From NCBI GenBank assembly GCA_963760615.1, contig CAVXDX010000008.1:97459-161458 (forward strand): a DNA stretch of 64,000 bases. Reading direction: 5' to 3'. The notes below the pieces were generated by a model. The model was not told the DNA's origin, searched no databases, and saw only the letters and a program-made list of their open reading frames with translations. This DNA is from an uncultured Candidatus Micrarchaeota archaeon (GTDB lineage Archaea > Micrarchaeota > Micrarchaeia > Burarchaeales > Fermentimicrarchaeaceae). A program made the position numbers and the translations under genes. Positions 42,682 through 52,933 of the stretch are shown here, piece by piece; position 1 is the first letter of the stretch; each line of letters begins with the position of its first letter.

Positions 42682-43521
42682 ATGGCCAGGCAGAAAAAAG
42701 AGAAGGTTGACGGGAGTTTTAGCTACCAGGACATACTGGATAGGCTGGGTGAGAATGAAGATGTGAGCTTTGAGAGGATTGGCGATACCATAATAATGAG
42801 GAGAGAGGAGCCTGAGGAAAAGAGGGTTCAGGAGGAGTTCACCAATGTGACGGAATACGAGCCAGGCCCTATGGCGGAGGAGGTTAAGGCAGACCTGGAG
42901 GATGCCGAGAAGAAGCTGTTTCTCGTTAAGAGGGAGATAGAAAAGAAGAAGTTCAGGCGAATCTCGGGGAAGGATACCCAGGAGCTTGAGATTGCCTTCT
43001 CGAGGCTGGAGAGGAGGCTTGACTCCCTTGAGAGAGAGTTCAGGAGCCTGCGTGTGGAGCTCAGCTACCTGAGGGGAGTGACCATGGAGAAGCTGCAGCT
43101 TGCTACAAGCGAGGAGCCGGCTGAAAAAGCAGTGTATCCAAAGGTTGAGGAGGTTGCCGTCAGCGAGGGCGGCCAGGTGCAGATAGTCCAGGAGGAGATT
43201 CCTGGGGTGAAGTTTGAGGAGAAGAAAGATGAGGGAAAACTTAGCTTTCTGACAAGCACCCTCGCGAATATATACAACTCATTCTTCCTCGGCGCAAGCG
43301 AGGAGAGGGATGTGTACAAGGAGTTTCAGAAAAAGCTTTTCCTGCTCGTGAGGACCCAGCCAAGAAGCCTTGACGAAATTTCCTACGGAAGTGGAGAGAG
43401 CAAGGCGGACTGCCTCATATGGCTGACAAGGATGGTCGACGAGGGTCTGCTTCAGGAGATGAAGGAGCAAGGTCCTGCGGGAAAGCGCGTTTACAGGATA
43501 GTGTGGGAAAAAATCACCTAG
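42682..43521 (+). CDS. hypothetical coiled-coil protein
   Basis: 279-aa charged ORF. Confidence 0.4.
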   Translation: MARQKKEKVDGSFSYQDILDRLGENEDVSFERIGDTIIMRREEPEEKRVQEEFTNVTEYEPGPMAEEVKADLEDAEKKLFLVKREIEKKKFRRISGKDTQELEIAFSRLERRLDSLEREFRSLRVELSYLRGVTMEKLQLATSEEPAEKAVYPKVEEVAVSEGGQVQIVQEEIPGVKFEEKKDEGKLSFLTSTLANIYNSFFLGASEERDVYKEFQKKLFLLVRTQPRSLDEISYGSGESKADCLIWLTRMVDEGLLQEMKEQGPAGKRVYRIVWEKIT

Positions 43522-44723
43522 AGCCACTTCCCTATTCTCTCCCCGATTCTTATCAATTCATTGAACTTGGCGTTTCTCTCCCCTCCCACAACGTTTGTCT
43601 TCAGCATCCTGCAGTCGAATGCAACTGCCACGTGGGAGATGAAGCTGTCGCAGGTTTCACCTGAGCGGTGGGAGGCTATGCATACATATTCATGCTCTTT
43701 GGCGTAATTTACTGTCTCAGCAACCTGGGTCAATGTCCCTATCTGGTTTGGCTTTATTATGAGCGAGTTGCAGGCGCGCGTCTTCACTCCAGTCTCAAGC
43801 CTGCTCCTGTTCGTGACAAACAAATCATCACCGCAGATGAGACAGTTGCCTGCCTTGCTTGTGAGTTCTGCAAACCCTTCAAAATCTTCCTCATGCAGCG
43901 GGTCCTCAACATAGCCGAGCTTGAACTTTTTTATTAGCTCCAAAACTAATTCAATCTGCTCTCCCCTCTCGAGCTTCCTCCCATCTACTTCATAGGTGTA
44001 TTTCCCACCATCAAAAAGCGAGCTTGAAGCCATGTCCACTCCGATAACCACTTTCAAGCCAGTCTCAGAGCTTGCCTGCTGGCATGCTTCAGAGAGCATC
44101 TCCAGCGCCTCCTCAGTCTTCATCCTTGCGACCCAGCCGGATTCGTCATCCCTGCCGAGCGTGACGCCTCTCTTCTTCAGCTTCTCCTTTATCTTCCTGT
44201 GAACGGAAACATTCGCCTGCAAAGCAGGGTAAAGGTCCTTGGCATTGCTCGGGAATACCAGGAATTCCTGTATGTCGCAGGAATTCACCGCGTGTTTCCC
44301 CCCGCCTATTATCTTGCTAAGGGGAAGAGGGAACCACCTGCCTTCTCCAAGAATTTCAAAGAGCTGTTTTCCCTGGAAGTTTGCTGATGCCTTGGCGCAT
44401 GCCATGGAGATTGCAATTGCTGCATTGCCTCCAAGGTTTGAGAAATTGCCAGTCCCGTCCGCTTCCCTCAGGATTGCATCTATCTTCTTCTGCTCCTTCA
44501 CATCCACTCCAACAAGCTTTGGCATGATGTTTGATTTGGCGAATTTTATTGAGGCATCAACGCTGCCTGGGTATGCAACAGCCTCAAACTTGCCAACGGA
44601 TGCACCGCTTGGAGCAGAAGCCCTTCCGAAGAAGGAGTCGCCTCTTACCTCGCACTCAAATGAAAAATCTCCCCTGGAATCCAGAATTTTCCTGAAGACT
44701 ATTTGCTTTATTTCAGGTTTCAT
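43518..44723 (-). CDS. eno: enolase
   Basis: 401 aa; SHRSGETCDSFI signature, GGGKHA, metal-binding Asp/Glu blocks. Confidence 0.85.
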   Translation of the reverse strand: MKPEIKQIVFRKILDSRGDFSFECEVRGDSFFGRASAPSGASVGKFEAVAYPGSVDASIKFAKSNIMPKLVGVDVKEQKKIDAILREADGTGNFSNLGGNAAIAISMACAKASANFQGKQLFEILGEGRWFPLPLSKIIGGGKHAVNSCDIQEFLVFPSNAKDLYPALQANVSVHRKIKEKLKKRGVTLGRDDESGWVARMKTEEALEMLSEACQQASSETGLKVVIGVDMASSSLFDGGKYTYEVDGRKLERGEQIELVLELIKKFKLGYVEDPLHEEDFEGFAELTSKAGNCLICGDDLFVTNRSRLETGVKTRACNSLIIKPNQIGTLTQVAETVNYAKEHEYVCIASHRSGETCDSFISHVAVAFDCRMLKTNVVGGERNAKFNELIRIGERIGKWL

Positions 44724-44727
44724 CCTC

Positions 44728-45051
44728 TCACCCCTGCAACTTCATTATTGCTTCTGCAATATCACCATTGCACTCATTAAGAGCCTGCTCCGCCTTCTCC
44801 TTTGATGCGCCTGTCTTCTCCATCACGAGCTTCACATCCTCCTCTTTTGTGATAGGTTTCTCCTCAACCCTCCCAGCGATGGTGAATGTCCTCTGCCCCT
44901 GCATGGATATCTCGGTTATCTGCGGCTCTGTTATGATTATCTGGCTGCCCTCCTTCTCTATGATGACTTTGGAAGCCTTCACCTCCTGGCTCTTCATGCC
45001 CATCTGCTCCATCATCCTCTGCATCTGCTTTGGGTTTATTCCCTGTAGCAT
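44728..45051 (-). CDS. nac: nascent polypeptide-associated complex protein (archaeal NAC alpha)
   Basis: 107 aa; NAC domain plus C-terminal UBA-like (AEQALNECNGDIAEAI). Confidence 0.75.
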   Translation of the reverse strand: MLQGINPKQMQRMMEQMGMKSQEVKASKVIIEKEGSQIIITEPQITEISMQGQRTFTIAGRVEEKPITKEEDVKLVMEKTGASKEKAEQALNECNGDIAEAIMKLQG

Positions 45052-45158
45052 AACATCCCTCCCGAGGATATTTCAGAATTCGTCTTTATAAATCTCCCCA
45101 TGATGGTTCTTTATCCCCTCCCAGTTCTTTGTCAAGTAGATGACAACATGCTTTATGG

Positions 45159-46139
45159 CTAAAATTTGAGATCTAACTGCATCGTTATACCCGCTAGTCT
45201 CTGCATTATATCCTTATCAGGAAGCATGAGGTATTTTTTTAGGATTTCATCCCTCTGTTCTGGTGAGACCTTGTCATACAAAGAAGGCAGTTGCTTAATC
45301 AATTTTACCTGCTCCTCCTCTAGTGCTGGAACCTTAAAATCAGGGTTCAGTCTTCCATATTCCCAGAGCAGCAGCTTAAAGGCGTCAGCTCTGTACAGTG
45401 TATACTCCTGCTTCTCGTACTTAGTTTTTTTACTTATATGTTCTATATTCCGTATAGATTCCTCCCTGCCTGAGGCATTCGGATCGTATAAAAAGTCTCC
45501 GAATAATGGTAGGAGTTCCCAGTCCATAGCTTCGCCAATTCTATCCCTGAATCTATGAATCAGTTCATGGCGCAAGGAAGCACGGAAGGCACGCGAAACT
45601 TCCTGATAGTTCCCAGACTCAAAACTTAGGGCAAGGCTGACAAAGTCGCCGCCGCCTCCATAGTCAAGCGGAATGGATATTATCGGTAAGGCTTCTCTTT
45701 CACTCTCATATTCAAGCCCAAAGGCTGGAGGTTGACGCCGATCGCCAATGCTACGTATTCTTATTAGGAAAACCTCCTCGTTATAACCGGCAATTTTTGA
45801 CAGCTCATCTACTGCTACATTTAGCTGATAAACTACTGCTTTTAAAAGTTTAATATCAAGAGGCTTCGAATATTCCACCCTAAAATATCTTCCGTTTATT
45901 TCAAAATCAAGATTGCGGTTCAAAATCTCGTAGGTCAGTTCATCTTTTGTGGATTCAACTCTAGAAGTCGGAGGCACATCTTTGAACTTTTCCTTTGCTT
46001 CGTTTAGGGAAAGCTGCTTGACCTTGCCTGCGATTTCTTCCAAAAGGAGCCTGGCTATTGCCTGCTGAGGCGATTCCTTGGCTAACGGAAATTTAATATC
46101 TTGTTGCTCTTTCCTCTCCGCTACCTTCTCTCCATTCAT
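45159..46139 (-). CDS. HExxH zincin-like putative metallopeptidase (family member E)
   Basis: 326 aa; HELIH-x11-W; cassette promoter CATGCTTAGATTATGCC...TTATTTAAATA at 46140-46172. Confidence 0.5.
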   Translation of the reverse strand: MNGEKVAERKEQQDIKFPLAKESPQQAIARLLLEEIAGKVKQLSLNEAKEKFKDVPPTSRVESTKDELTYEILNRNLDFEINGRYFRVEYSKPLDIKLLKAVVYQLNVAVDELSKIAGYNEEVFLIRIRSIGDRRQPPAFGLEYESEREALPIISIPLDYGGGGDFVSLALSFESGNYQEVSRAFRASLRHELIHRFRDRIGEAMDWELLPLFGDFLYDPNASGREESIRNIEHISKKTKYEKQEYTLYRADAFKLLLWEYGRLNPDFKVPALEEEQVKLIKQLPSLYDKVSPEQRDEILKKYLMLPDKDIMQRLAGITMQLDLKF

Positions 46140-46187
46140 GCTTAGATTATGCCTTTTGCTTTATTTAAATAGTGAAGTTTACCGGTA

Positions 46188-46766
46188 TTAAGCAAACTTT
46201 TCAAAAATCTCTGACTTTCTTACCTCAATCCTCTTTACTGGGCACAGCTTCTTCAGCCTGTTGAAGAGAGTCGCAGAGAGTTTGCCGAATATTATCTCCT
46301 GGGCGAGCTGCTGGAAGTCCATCTCCTTTACACGGAGCAACACCTCATCCCTTGTGGAGTTCCTTAGAGCTGTCTTAACAGGAGAGCTAACCCTTCTTGC
46401 AGTGAATATGGATATCTTCAGCCTTAGCTTCACCCCATCCTTGCTCTCCACATCAACAACCTCATTCACCACATTCCTCCTCCTTCTTACAAGAGTTCTC
46501 AAATAACCTGCGGATATCTCGTGACCTATGAGCTTCGTGTAAGCAGTCTTCCCCTTCACCTCATTGATTCTGAAATGCAGGTTGACATACGACTGGCTGA
46601 TGTCCCCGGTCAATTCCGCCAGGCTCACCTTCACAATTCGGTTCATCAGATGGGCATCCTCTGTTGCAGGTATCTGCCCTACCTCCTTGCTCTCGAACAT
46701 CTGCGGGGCAAGCACGGTGTACCATGTCTTGCTCTTCCAAGTATCAACAATTTTCTCCTTTGCCAT
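46188..46766 (-). CDS. rps3ae: 30S ribosomal protein S3Ae (eS1)
   Basis: 192 aa; sequence and length match archaeal S3Ae. Confidence 0.8.
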   Translation of the reverse strand: MAKEKIVDTWKSKTWYTVLAPQMFESKEVGQIPATEDAHLMNRIVKVSLAELTGDISQSYVNLHFRINEVKGKTAYTKLIGHEISAGYLRTLVRRRRNVVNEVVDVESKDGVKLRLKISIFTARRVSSPVKTALRNSTRDEVLLRVKEMDFQQLAQEIIFGKLSATLFNRLKKLCPVKRIEVRKSEIFEKFA

Positions 46767-46770
46767 CCAC

Positions 46771-47226
46771 TTACCTCACAAGCAGAGCCGCCTGCTCTGG
46801 CTCGTATTTCCAGTTCTTTGGGAGCGTCCCAACCTTCCTGTAGTATTTCACAAGCCTCTTTATCTTCGATTCAACATGAATGAGCTTTGTCGTGTTCAAG
46901 CCATCTCCTTTGTGTGTCTTCAGGTGCTTCCTCATATTCACTGCCTTCTTTATGAGATTGAGTAAGTCGTCCGGGTAGGCTGGGGCAAGCCCCTGCTCTG
47001 CAAGGATTTTCATGATGGATTTGCCAGTGAGGGACTCTATGCTCGGCACTCCGTACTGGTCCCTCAGCCTCTGCCCGATGAGGGCAGCCTGCATGCCTTC
47101 CTTGTGCATCTTAAGGACAAGAGCCTCCGTATCTTGGGCGCTGAGCTCAACCCACTCCGGAACCGTCTTAACAGCGGGTTTCTTCGAGCCGGATTTCCCC
47201 TTTTTCCTTGAATGCATTCTCGCCAT
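46771..47226 (-). CDS. rps15: 30S ribosomal protein S15 (uS15 / S13e)
   Basis: Start set at MARMHSRKKGKSGS; C-terminal S15 fold. Confidence 0.75.
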   Translation of the reverse strand: MARMHSRKKGKSGSKKPAVKTVPEWVELSAQDTEALVLKMHKEGMQAALIGQRLRDQYGVPSIESLTGKSIMKILAEQGLAPAYPDDLLNLIKKAVNMRKHLKTHKGDGLNTTKLIHVESKIKRLVKYYRKVGTLPKNWKYEPEQAALLVR

Positions 47227-47231
47227 AAACC

Positions 47232-47774
47232 TCATCTCCCAATCCATTCCGCAAGTCTCTTCAGCGAATTCCTCCTGTGAGAGCACAGCGACTTTGTTTT
47301 CTTATCCTCTCCAAATGTTTTCTCAGAGCCTGCCGGGATGAATATCGGGTCATACCCGAATCCTCTTCCCCTCAACTCACGGGAGATATAACCGTCAACC
47401 CTCCCAGTTATTACCTTTTCCTCCCTTCCATTCCACACGGCAATTGCCGATAGGAAGTATGCACCCCTGTTTTGCTCCTCTCTGAGCAGCTTCAGTACGC
47501 CCTCATTTCCAATCTTCTTGAAAACCCAGGAGGAGAGCGTCCCTGGAAATCCATTGAGAGCGTCGATGAACAGGCCAGAATCCTCAATGAAGAAAGGCTT
47601 GTTCACCTTCCTGCGCAGGAGCCTCAGGCATGTGAGGGCAATCTCCTCGCAGCTCTCAGATCTAATCTCTTCGCATTCAACATCTTTGCGCCCTATAATT
47701 ACGTTATATTCTTTTAAAATCCTTTCGGCTTCCCTGAACTTGTGCTTGTTGCCTGTGATGAATGTAAGTTTCAT
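47232..47774 (-). CDS. non-canonical purine NTP pyrophosphatase (Ham1/ITPase)
   Basis: 180 aa; TGNKHK, FGYDPIF, SHR motifs. Confidence 0.8.
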   Translation of the reverse strand: MKLTFITGNKHKFREAERILKEYNVIIGRKDVECEEIRSESCEEIALTCLRLLRRKVNKPFFIEDSGLFIDALNGFPGTLSSWVFKKIGNEGVLKLLREEQNRGAYFLSAIAVWNGREEKVITGRVDGYISRELRGRGFGYDPIFIPAGSEKTFGEDKKTKSLCSHRRNSLKRLAEWIGR

Positions 47775-47779
47775 CGAGT

Positions 47780-50164
47780 CTACCTTTTTACCGATATAGA
47801 GAACTCTCCTTTTGATACTTCTATTTTTTTAACCCTTCCCGCAGCCTCAATTTCCTCCTTCACAGAATCAAGTTGTTCAGGCTTTTCCACTTTTATCTTT
47901 ACTGATGAAAGTTCAGCGTTCAGCGGCATTTTCTGGCTCATCTTGAACTTCCTTATTTCGCTGAGAATACTGTTGAGCAGCGCAGCACTCTGCTCGCTCT
48001 CCTCGTCAATTGCCTTCTTATTCACCTTGGGCCAGCCTTCAGAGTGTATGCTCTCCTCTTTGGAGAAGAGCTGCTGGTAGAGCTCATCCGCTGTGTATGG
48101 GGCAAAAGGCGCCAGAAGCTTTAGGGAAGTGAGCAGAACTGTCCTGAGGGTGTACTGGGCTGCCCTCCTGCCCTCAGCACCGTACTTGTCGCTCTGGTAG
48201 AGCCTGTGCTTCACCTCTTCCAGGTAGTAGTCACAGAACTCATGCCAGAAGAATTCTGTGAGCGCGGTTACTACGGAGTAGAAATCGTAATTTTCAAATG
48301 AGCTTGTGCAGCTTTCAACCAGCTTGTTGAGCCTGCTCAGTATCCACCTGTCGGTTGCCTTCAGCCTCATCTTTTCCTTCTCATCAAATTCCTTAAGTTG
48401 GGTTTCAATGAATTTCGAAGCGTTCCACAGCTTGTTGAGGAAGGAGTGCGCGTAGTTCACATCCTTCCAGTAGAATACATTGTCCTTCCCTGTGCTTCCT
48501 GAGAGGGCTGCCCACATCCTGAGGGAGTCCACAGAAGACTTGGCAATGACATCCTTTGCCTCGACATAGTTGCCGAGCGACTTGCTCATCTTCTTCCCAT
48601 CGGAGCCGCACACCATCCCATTGATGAGGACATCCTTGAAGCAGGGTTTCTCCGTTAGCATGAGGCAGCGGTATATTGTGTAGAAAGCCCATGTCCTTAT
48701 GATGTCAGTTCCCTGCGGCCTCAGGGAGGATGGGTAGAGCGCGGCAAACTTTTTCTCATCATCAGGCCAGCCTGCTATTACGAGCGGAGTTATACTGGAG
48801 TCGACCCAGCCGTCGCATATGCTGCTCTCCCCGATGAGCTTGCCCTCGCATTTCGGGCACATCTCTGTGGGTGGCTTGTCCTTTGTTGGGTCTACCGGAA
48901 GGTTGGAGTAGTCTGGAGCTATTACGCAGTCGCATTTCTCGCAGTACCAGAATGGGATGGGAATGCCGAAAACCCTCTGCCTTGAGAAGCACCAGTCCCA
49001 CTCCAAACCCCTGCTCCAGTCTATGAGAAGCTGGATTGCGTGGGAGGGCACCCACCTCATCTCAGAAGCAGCCTTTATGACCTCTTCCTCATGCCCTTTG
49101 AGCTTCATGAACCACTGCGCTGACTGCAGGAATTCCACAGGCCTCTTGCACCTGTCGTGTATCTTCACCATCTGCTTGAGCTTCTCCTTCTTGCTGATGA
49201 GCTTTAGTGAGCTGAGCTCTTCGAGCATCTTTTCTCTTGCCTGCTCTGCTTTCAAGCCAGTGAATTTTCCTGCATTGAGCAGCCTCCCCCTTGCATCCAT
49301 CGCCTCAATGACGGGAAGGTTGTGCCTGTAGGTCCACACCACATCCTGTTTGTCCCCGAAGGTGCATACCATGACTATTCCAGTGCCGAAGTTTGGGTCT
49401 ACCTCTGCATCAGGAAGTATTTTCACCTCCCTGTTGAATACGGGAACAATGGCAGTCTTGCCGTGCAGCTTCTTGTAGCGTTCGTCTTCCGGGTTGACGA
49501 GCACACCAACGCAGGCATTAAGCAATTCAGGCCTCGTTGTTGCAATGATGAGGAGCTTGCCCTCGCATGAAAATGATATGTAGTTCAGGGTTGTCTCCCT
49601 CTCAACCTCATCAGTTTCTGCCTTTGCTATTGCGCTCTCGCAGCAGGTGCACCAGAGCACAGGATGCTTGGAGCGGTAGACAAGTCCTTTCTCAAACATC
49701 TTCAGTATGGAGTACTGCACCTTCCTGTGGTACTCCCTGTCGATTGTATAATATTCCTTCCCCCAGTCTATGGAGAAGCCCATCTCATTCATCTGGGGCT
49801 TCATTGTCCCGATGACTTCCCTTGTCCATTCCAGGCATTTTTTCTTGAACTCCTCTCTGGGAAGCCTCCCGTATTTCTTCTCAACCTTCACCTCTGTGGG
49901 GAAGCCGTGGCAGTCCCAACCCTGGGGGAAGAGGACGTTGTAGCCGCACATCCTCTTGTACCTTGCGGCGAAATCCATGTAGCACCAATTCAATGTATTG
50001 CCTATGTGGAATTCGCCTGTGGGGAAAGGCGGCGGCGAGTCTATGACAAAGACTTTCCTCTTGCTCTTCTCGTCAAACTCGTGGAGCTTGAGTTCCTCCC
50101 ATCTCTTCCTGAGCCTTTCCTCGAACTTATTCGGTGAGTATTCGTCAAGCATGAAACCACTCAA
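47780..50164 (-). CDS. valS: class I aminoacyl-tRNA synthetase, most likely valyl-tRNA synthetase
   Basis: 794 aa; PPFPTGEFHIGN HIGH-region, KMSKS, CP1 editing insertion, Zn knuckle; size fits archaeal ValRS (LeuRS and MetRS are elsewhere in the window). Confidence 0.65.
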   Translation of the reverse strand: MSGFMLDEYSPNKFEERLRKRWEELKLHEFDEKSKRKVFVIDSPPPFPTGEFHIGNTLNWCYMDFAARYKRMCGYNVLFPQGWDCHGFPTEVKVEKKYGRLPREEFKKKCLEWTREVIGTMKPQMNEMGFSIDWGKEYYTIDREYHRKVQYSILKMFEKGLVYRSKHPVLWCTCCESAIAKAETDEVERETTLNYISFSCEGKLLIIATTRPELLNACVGVLVNPEDERYKKLHGKTAIVPVFNREVKILPDAEVDPNFGTGIVMVCTFGDKQDVVWTYRHNLPVIEAMDARGRLLNAGKFTGLKAEQAREKMLEELSSLKLISKKEKLKQMVKIHDRCKRPVEFLQSAQWFMKLKGHEEEVIKAASEMRWVPSHAIQLLIDWSRGLEWDWCFSRQRVFGIPIPFWYCEKCDCVIAPDYSNLPVDPTKDKPPTEMCPKCEGKLIGESSICDGWVDSSITPLVIAGWPDDEKKFAALYPSSLRPQGTDIIRTWAFYTIYRCLMLTEKPCFKDVLINGMVCGSDGKKMSKSLGNYVEAKDVIAKSSVDSLRMWAALSGSTGKDNVFYWKDVNYAHSFLNKLWNASKFIETQLKEFDEKEKMRLKATDRWILSRLNKLVESCTSSFENYDFYSVVTALTEFFWHEFCDYYLEEVKHRLYQSDKYGAEGRRAAQYTLRTVLLTSLKLLAPFAPYTADELYQQLFSKEESIHSEGWPKVNKKAIDEESEQSAALLNSILSEIRKFKMSQKMPLNAELSSVKIKVEKPEQLDSVKEEIEAAGRVKKIEVSKGEFSISVKR

Positions 50165-50946
50165 AAATCAACAAGGCTTTTGCCTTCCTCAATTTTCACA
50201 ATCATCCCGTCCTTTGCGGCAATTGTTTCCACTCCGCTCTCCTTCTCTATGAATTTTGCCTCGGCCTCTGGGCCTGCGCGCAGCATTCCCATGCCGAAAT
50301 GCTGTATTATCGCTTTCTTTGGCTTTGCTTCTTTTAAAACTCTTATGCTCAGCTCAGAATCCAGATGCCCCGGGTAGGGGGAGCCTGCTGGCTTAAGGTT
50401 GTTAAGTATGAGGCAGTCGCATCCTGAGAAAACCTTGCCAAGTTCGGGGAGGTAATCTGTGTCACTGGTATAGCCTATTGTCTTCCCAAGGGAAGAGAGC
50501 TTGAAGCCAATGCCTGAGTTGTCATCATGTTTCGTCGGGGTCGCCTCAAGTTCAACTCCCTTCACTGAGAATTTATCCCCGGCTCTTGCTATGAATTTCT
50601 TCTCAACAAGGTTTTGGTGGTATGCAGAAACAACCCTGTCAAACCTTTCGTTTCCCTGAAGGGCAGAGCTGCTGCCTATGAGCACCCCCCTCTTCCTCTT
50701 CCCCCCGTCGGTCATTGCCTCTATGATGAGGTTTGCGTCGTTTGAGTGGTCTATGTGGGCGTGGGATATGACAACTGCATCAAGCTTCTGCAAATCCTGC
50801 TTAAGCTCAATGCTCCTTATGAGCGCTCCGGGCCCTGGGTCGAAGTATATGTTGGCCTTTCCTTTAATTATAAAGCCTCCGGTTGCACGGAGCTGCTTCA
50901 TTATTACGAATCTCGCACCGCCAGTTCCGCAGAATATTATCTCCAA
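50161..50946 (-). CDS. metallo-beta-lactamase-fold hydrolase
   Basis: 261 aa; HAHIDH motif and downstream D/H ligands. Confidence 0.6.
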   Translation of the reverse strand: MEIIFCGTGGARFVIMKQLRATGGFIIKGKANIYFDPGPGALIRSIELKQDLQKLDAVVISHAHIDHSNDANLIIEAMTDGGKRKRGVLIGSSSALQGNERFDRVVSAYHQNLVEKKFIARAGDKFSVKGVELEATPTKHDDNSGIGFKLSSLGKTIGYTSDTDYLPELGKVFSGCDCLILNNLKPAGSPYPGHLDSELSIRVLKEAKPKKAIIQHFGMGMLRAGPEAEAKFIEKESGVETIAAKDGMIVKIEEGKSLVDF

Positions 50947-51038
50947 ATCATCGCCTTGATATGCTGAAAAAATCAGCTTATTTTTTGAGGGAGGAAGGTT
51001 TAATAAAGGTTATTTTACGAAATATAATTTGATGGGTT

Positions 51039-52532
51039 ATGGCAGATATAAGAACCGTTGAGGATATAAACAAGAGGATAAAAAGTGGCGATGTGGTGGT
51101 GGTCACGGCTCTGGAGATGAAGGACCTGATAGCTGAGAAAGGCCCTGAGAAGGCTGCCAAGGAGGTTGATGTTGTGACAACTGGCACATTTGGCATGACC
51201 ACAAGCTCAGGTGTATTCATCAACTTCGGCCACTCCGACCCACAGATAAAAATGGCGGGTGGAGAAGTTCTGCTCAATGATGTCCCTGCATACGCAGGGC
51301 TGGGCTCTGTCGATGTTTACATGGGCACCTCGCAGTCATCCAAGGTTCACAAGCAGGAGTACGGAGGAGGGCATGTCATAGAGGACCTTGTGAATGACAG
51401 ACCCGTGAACCTCAAGGCATACGGGAGCGCAACCTACTGCCATCCGATGAAGGAGATAGTCACAACGGTCACTCTGCATGATTTGAACCAAGCCATAATG
51501 GTGAACCCGAGGGCATTCTACCAGAGATACAGCGCCGCAACAAACTCCTCTGACAAGTTGATTTACACCTACCTGGGAGCGCTGCTACCAAGCTTCGGGA
51601 ATGTCACATATTCATCTGCAGGCTCAATAAGCCCGCTCTACAACGACCCTGCCTACGAAACCATAGGAGTTGGAACAAGGATATTCCTAGGGGGAGGCAA
51701 GGGGTATGTTATTGGGGAGGGGACTCAGCACAACCCTAGGATGATGTCTGGCTCGCTCATGGTCAAGGGTGACTTGAAGAAGATGAAGCCCAAGTACCTC
51801 CGGGGTGCTACAGTAACCAACTACGGTCCAACTCTCTTCATAGGAGGGGGGGTGCCAATTCCAATTCTGAATGTAGGAGTTGCAAAGAACTGCGGGATAA
51901 CTGACAGGGAGATAAAGGCGACGATATACGACTATCACATAGCAACAAGGGTGAAGCCAGTTGTCAAGAGGACAACATACGAGGAGCTCAAATCGGGCAG
52001 AGTTGCAATAGGAGACAGGGAGGTGAAGTGCTCTGGCCTGTCCAGCATAAACATGGCAATGGAGATTTGCGAGAAGCTCAAGGAGATGATTGAGAGGGGG
52101 GAGTTCTTCCTCACGGCACCTGTTGAGAAGATATCAATTGAAACGGTGATGAAGCCAATGAAGCAGCTTTACACAAGAGCACTGGATGTTATGTCGCCCG
52201 CCGTGACGTGCACCCCAGATGACAGCTTAAAGGATGCTGAGAAGCTCATGCTGGATAGGAAAACAGATTATTTGGTTGCCGTTGACAAGCAGAAGCACCT
52301 CCAGGGGGTTCTCACCTCGTGGGATGTGGCGAAATCCCTGGTGACTGGGGGGAGCAAGGTGAAGGATGTCATGAAGTCGAAGGGAATTATAACAAGCAGG
52401 AAGGACGAGCCAGTTGAGGTGAGCGCCAAAAAACTGGAGCAGTATAGAGCTAGGGGGCTGCCAGTTGTGGATGAGGATGGAAGGGTGCTGGGAGTTGTGA
52501 AGATAGAGGATATAAAATACAAGGTGAAATGA
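51039..52532 (+). CDS. COG1900 (DUF39) + tandem CBS protein (MA1821-like homocysteine biosynthesis enzyme)
   Basis: 497 aa; ~380-aa DUF39-like domain then two CBS domains; the next gene is a NIL-ferredoxin. Confidence 0.6.
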   Translation: MADIRTVEDINKRIKSGDVVVVTALEMKDLIAEKGPEKAAKEVDVVTTGTFGMTTSSGVFINFGHSDPQIKMAGGEVLLNDVPAYAGLGSVDVYMGTSQSSKVHKQEYGGGHVIEDLVNDRPVNLKAYGSATYCHPMKEIVTTVTLHDLNQAIMVNPRAFYQRYSAATNSSDKLIYTYLGALLPSFGNVTYSSAGSISPLYNDPAYETIGVGTRIFLGGGKGYVIGEGTQHNPRMMSGSLMVKGDLKKMKPKYLRGATVTNYGPTLFIGGGVPIPILNVGVAKNCGITDREIKATIYDYHIATRVKPVVKRTTYEELKSGRVAIGDREVKCSGLSSINMAMEICEKLKEMIERGEFFLTAPVEKISIETVMKPMKQLYTRALDVMSPAVTCTPDDSLKDAEKLMLDRKTDYLVAVDKQKHLQGVLTSWDVAKSLVTGGSKVKDVMKSKGIITSRKDEPVEVSAKKLEQYRARGLPVVDEDGRVLGVVKIEDIKYKVK

Positions 52533-52933
52533 TGGGCAAGAGGATTATTGCGCTGTTCCCAAACAGGGAATACAGGGAGTCAATACTGCAGGAGGCTGTC
52601 CTCAAGAGCGGAACCATTTTCAATACTATCAAGGTGGAGACGACCCCCACCCATGTAAAAGTTATGGGAGAGATAAAGGCGAATGAGGAGAAGGCGCAGG
52701 AGTTCATCAGGATACTAAAGAGGATGAGCGGAATTGTGAAGGAGCTTGGAGTGATTATGAGGTTCGACCCGGAAAAATGCGTTGCCTGCGGCCTGTGCGT
52801 CTCTCTCTGCCCCACCAAGGCGATAATAGCCAACAGGGATTTCTCCGTAAGATACGACTTTGATGAGTGCATACTGTGCATGAACTGCGTGAACAACTGC
52901 CCAGTGAATGCTGTGAGCTACCTGGGTGACTAG
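52529..52933 (+). CDS. NIL-domain / 2x[4Fe-4S] ferredoxin protein (MA1822-like)
   Basis: 134 aa; CVACGLCVSLCP and CILCMNCVNNCP clusters; start overlaps the upstream stop. Confidence 0.6.
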   Translation: MMGKRIIALFPNREYRESILQEAVLKSGTIFNTIKVETTPTHVKVMGEIKANEEKAQEFIRILKRMSGIVKELGVIMRFDPEKCVACGLCVSLCPTKAIIANRDFSVRYDFDECILCMNCVNNCPVNAVSYLGD

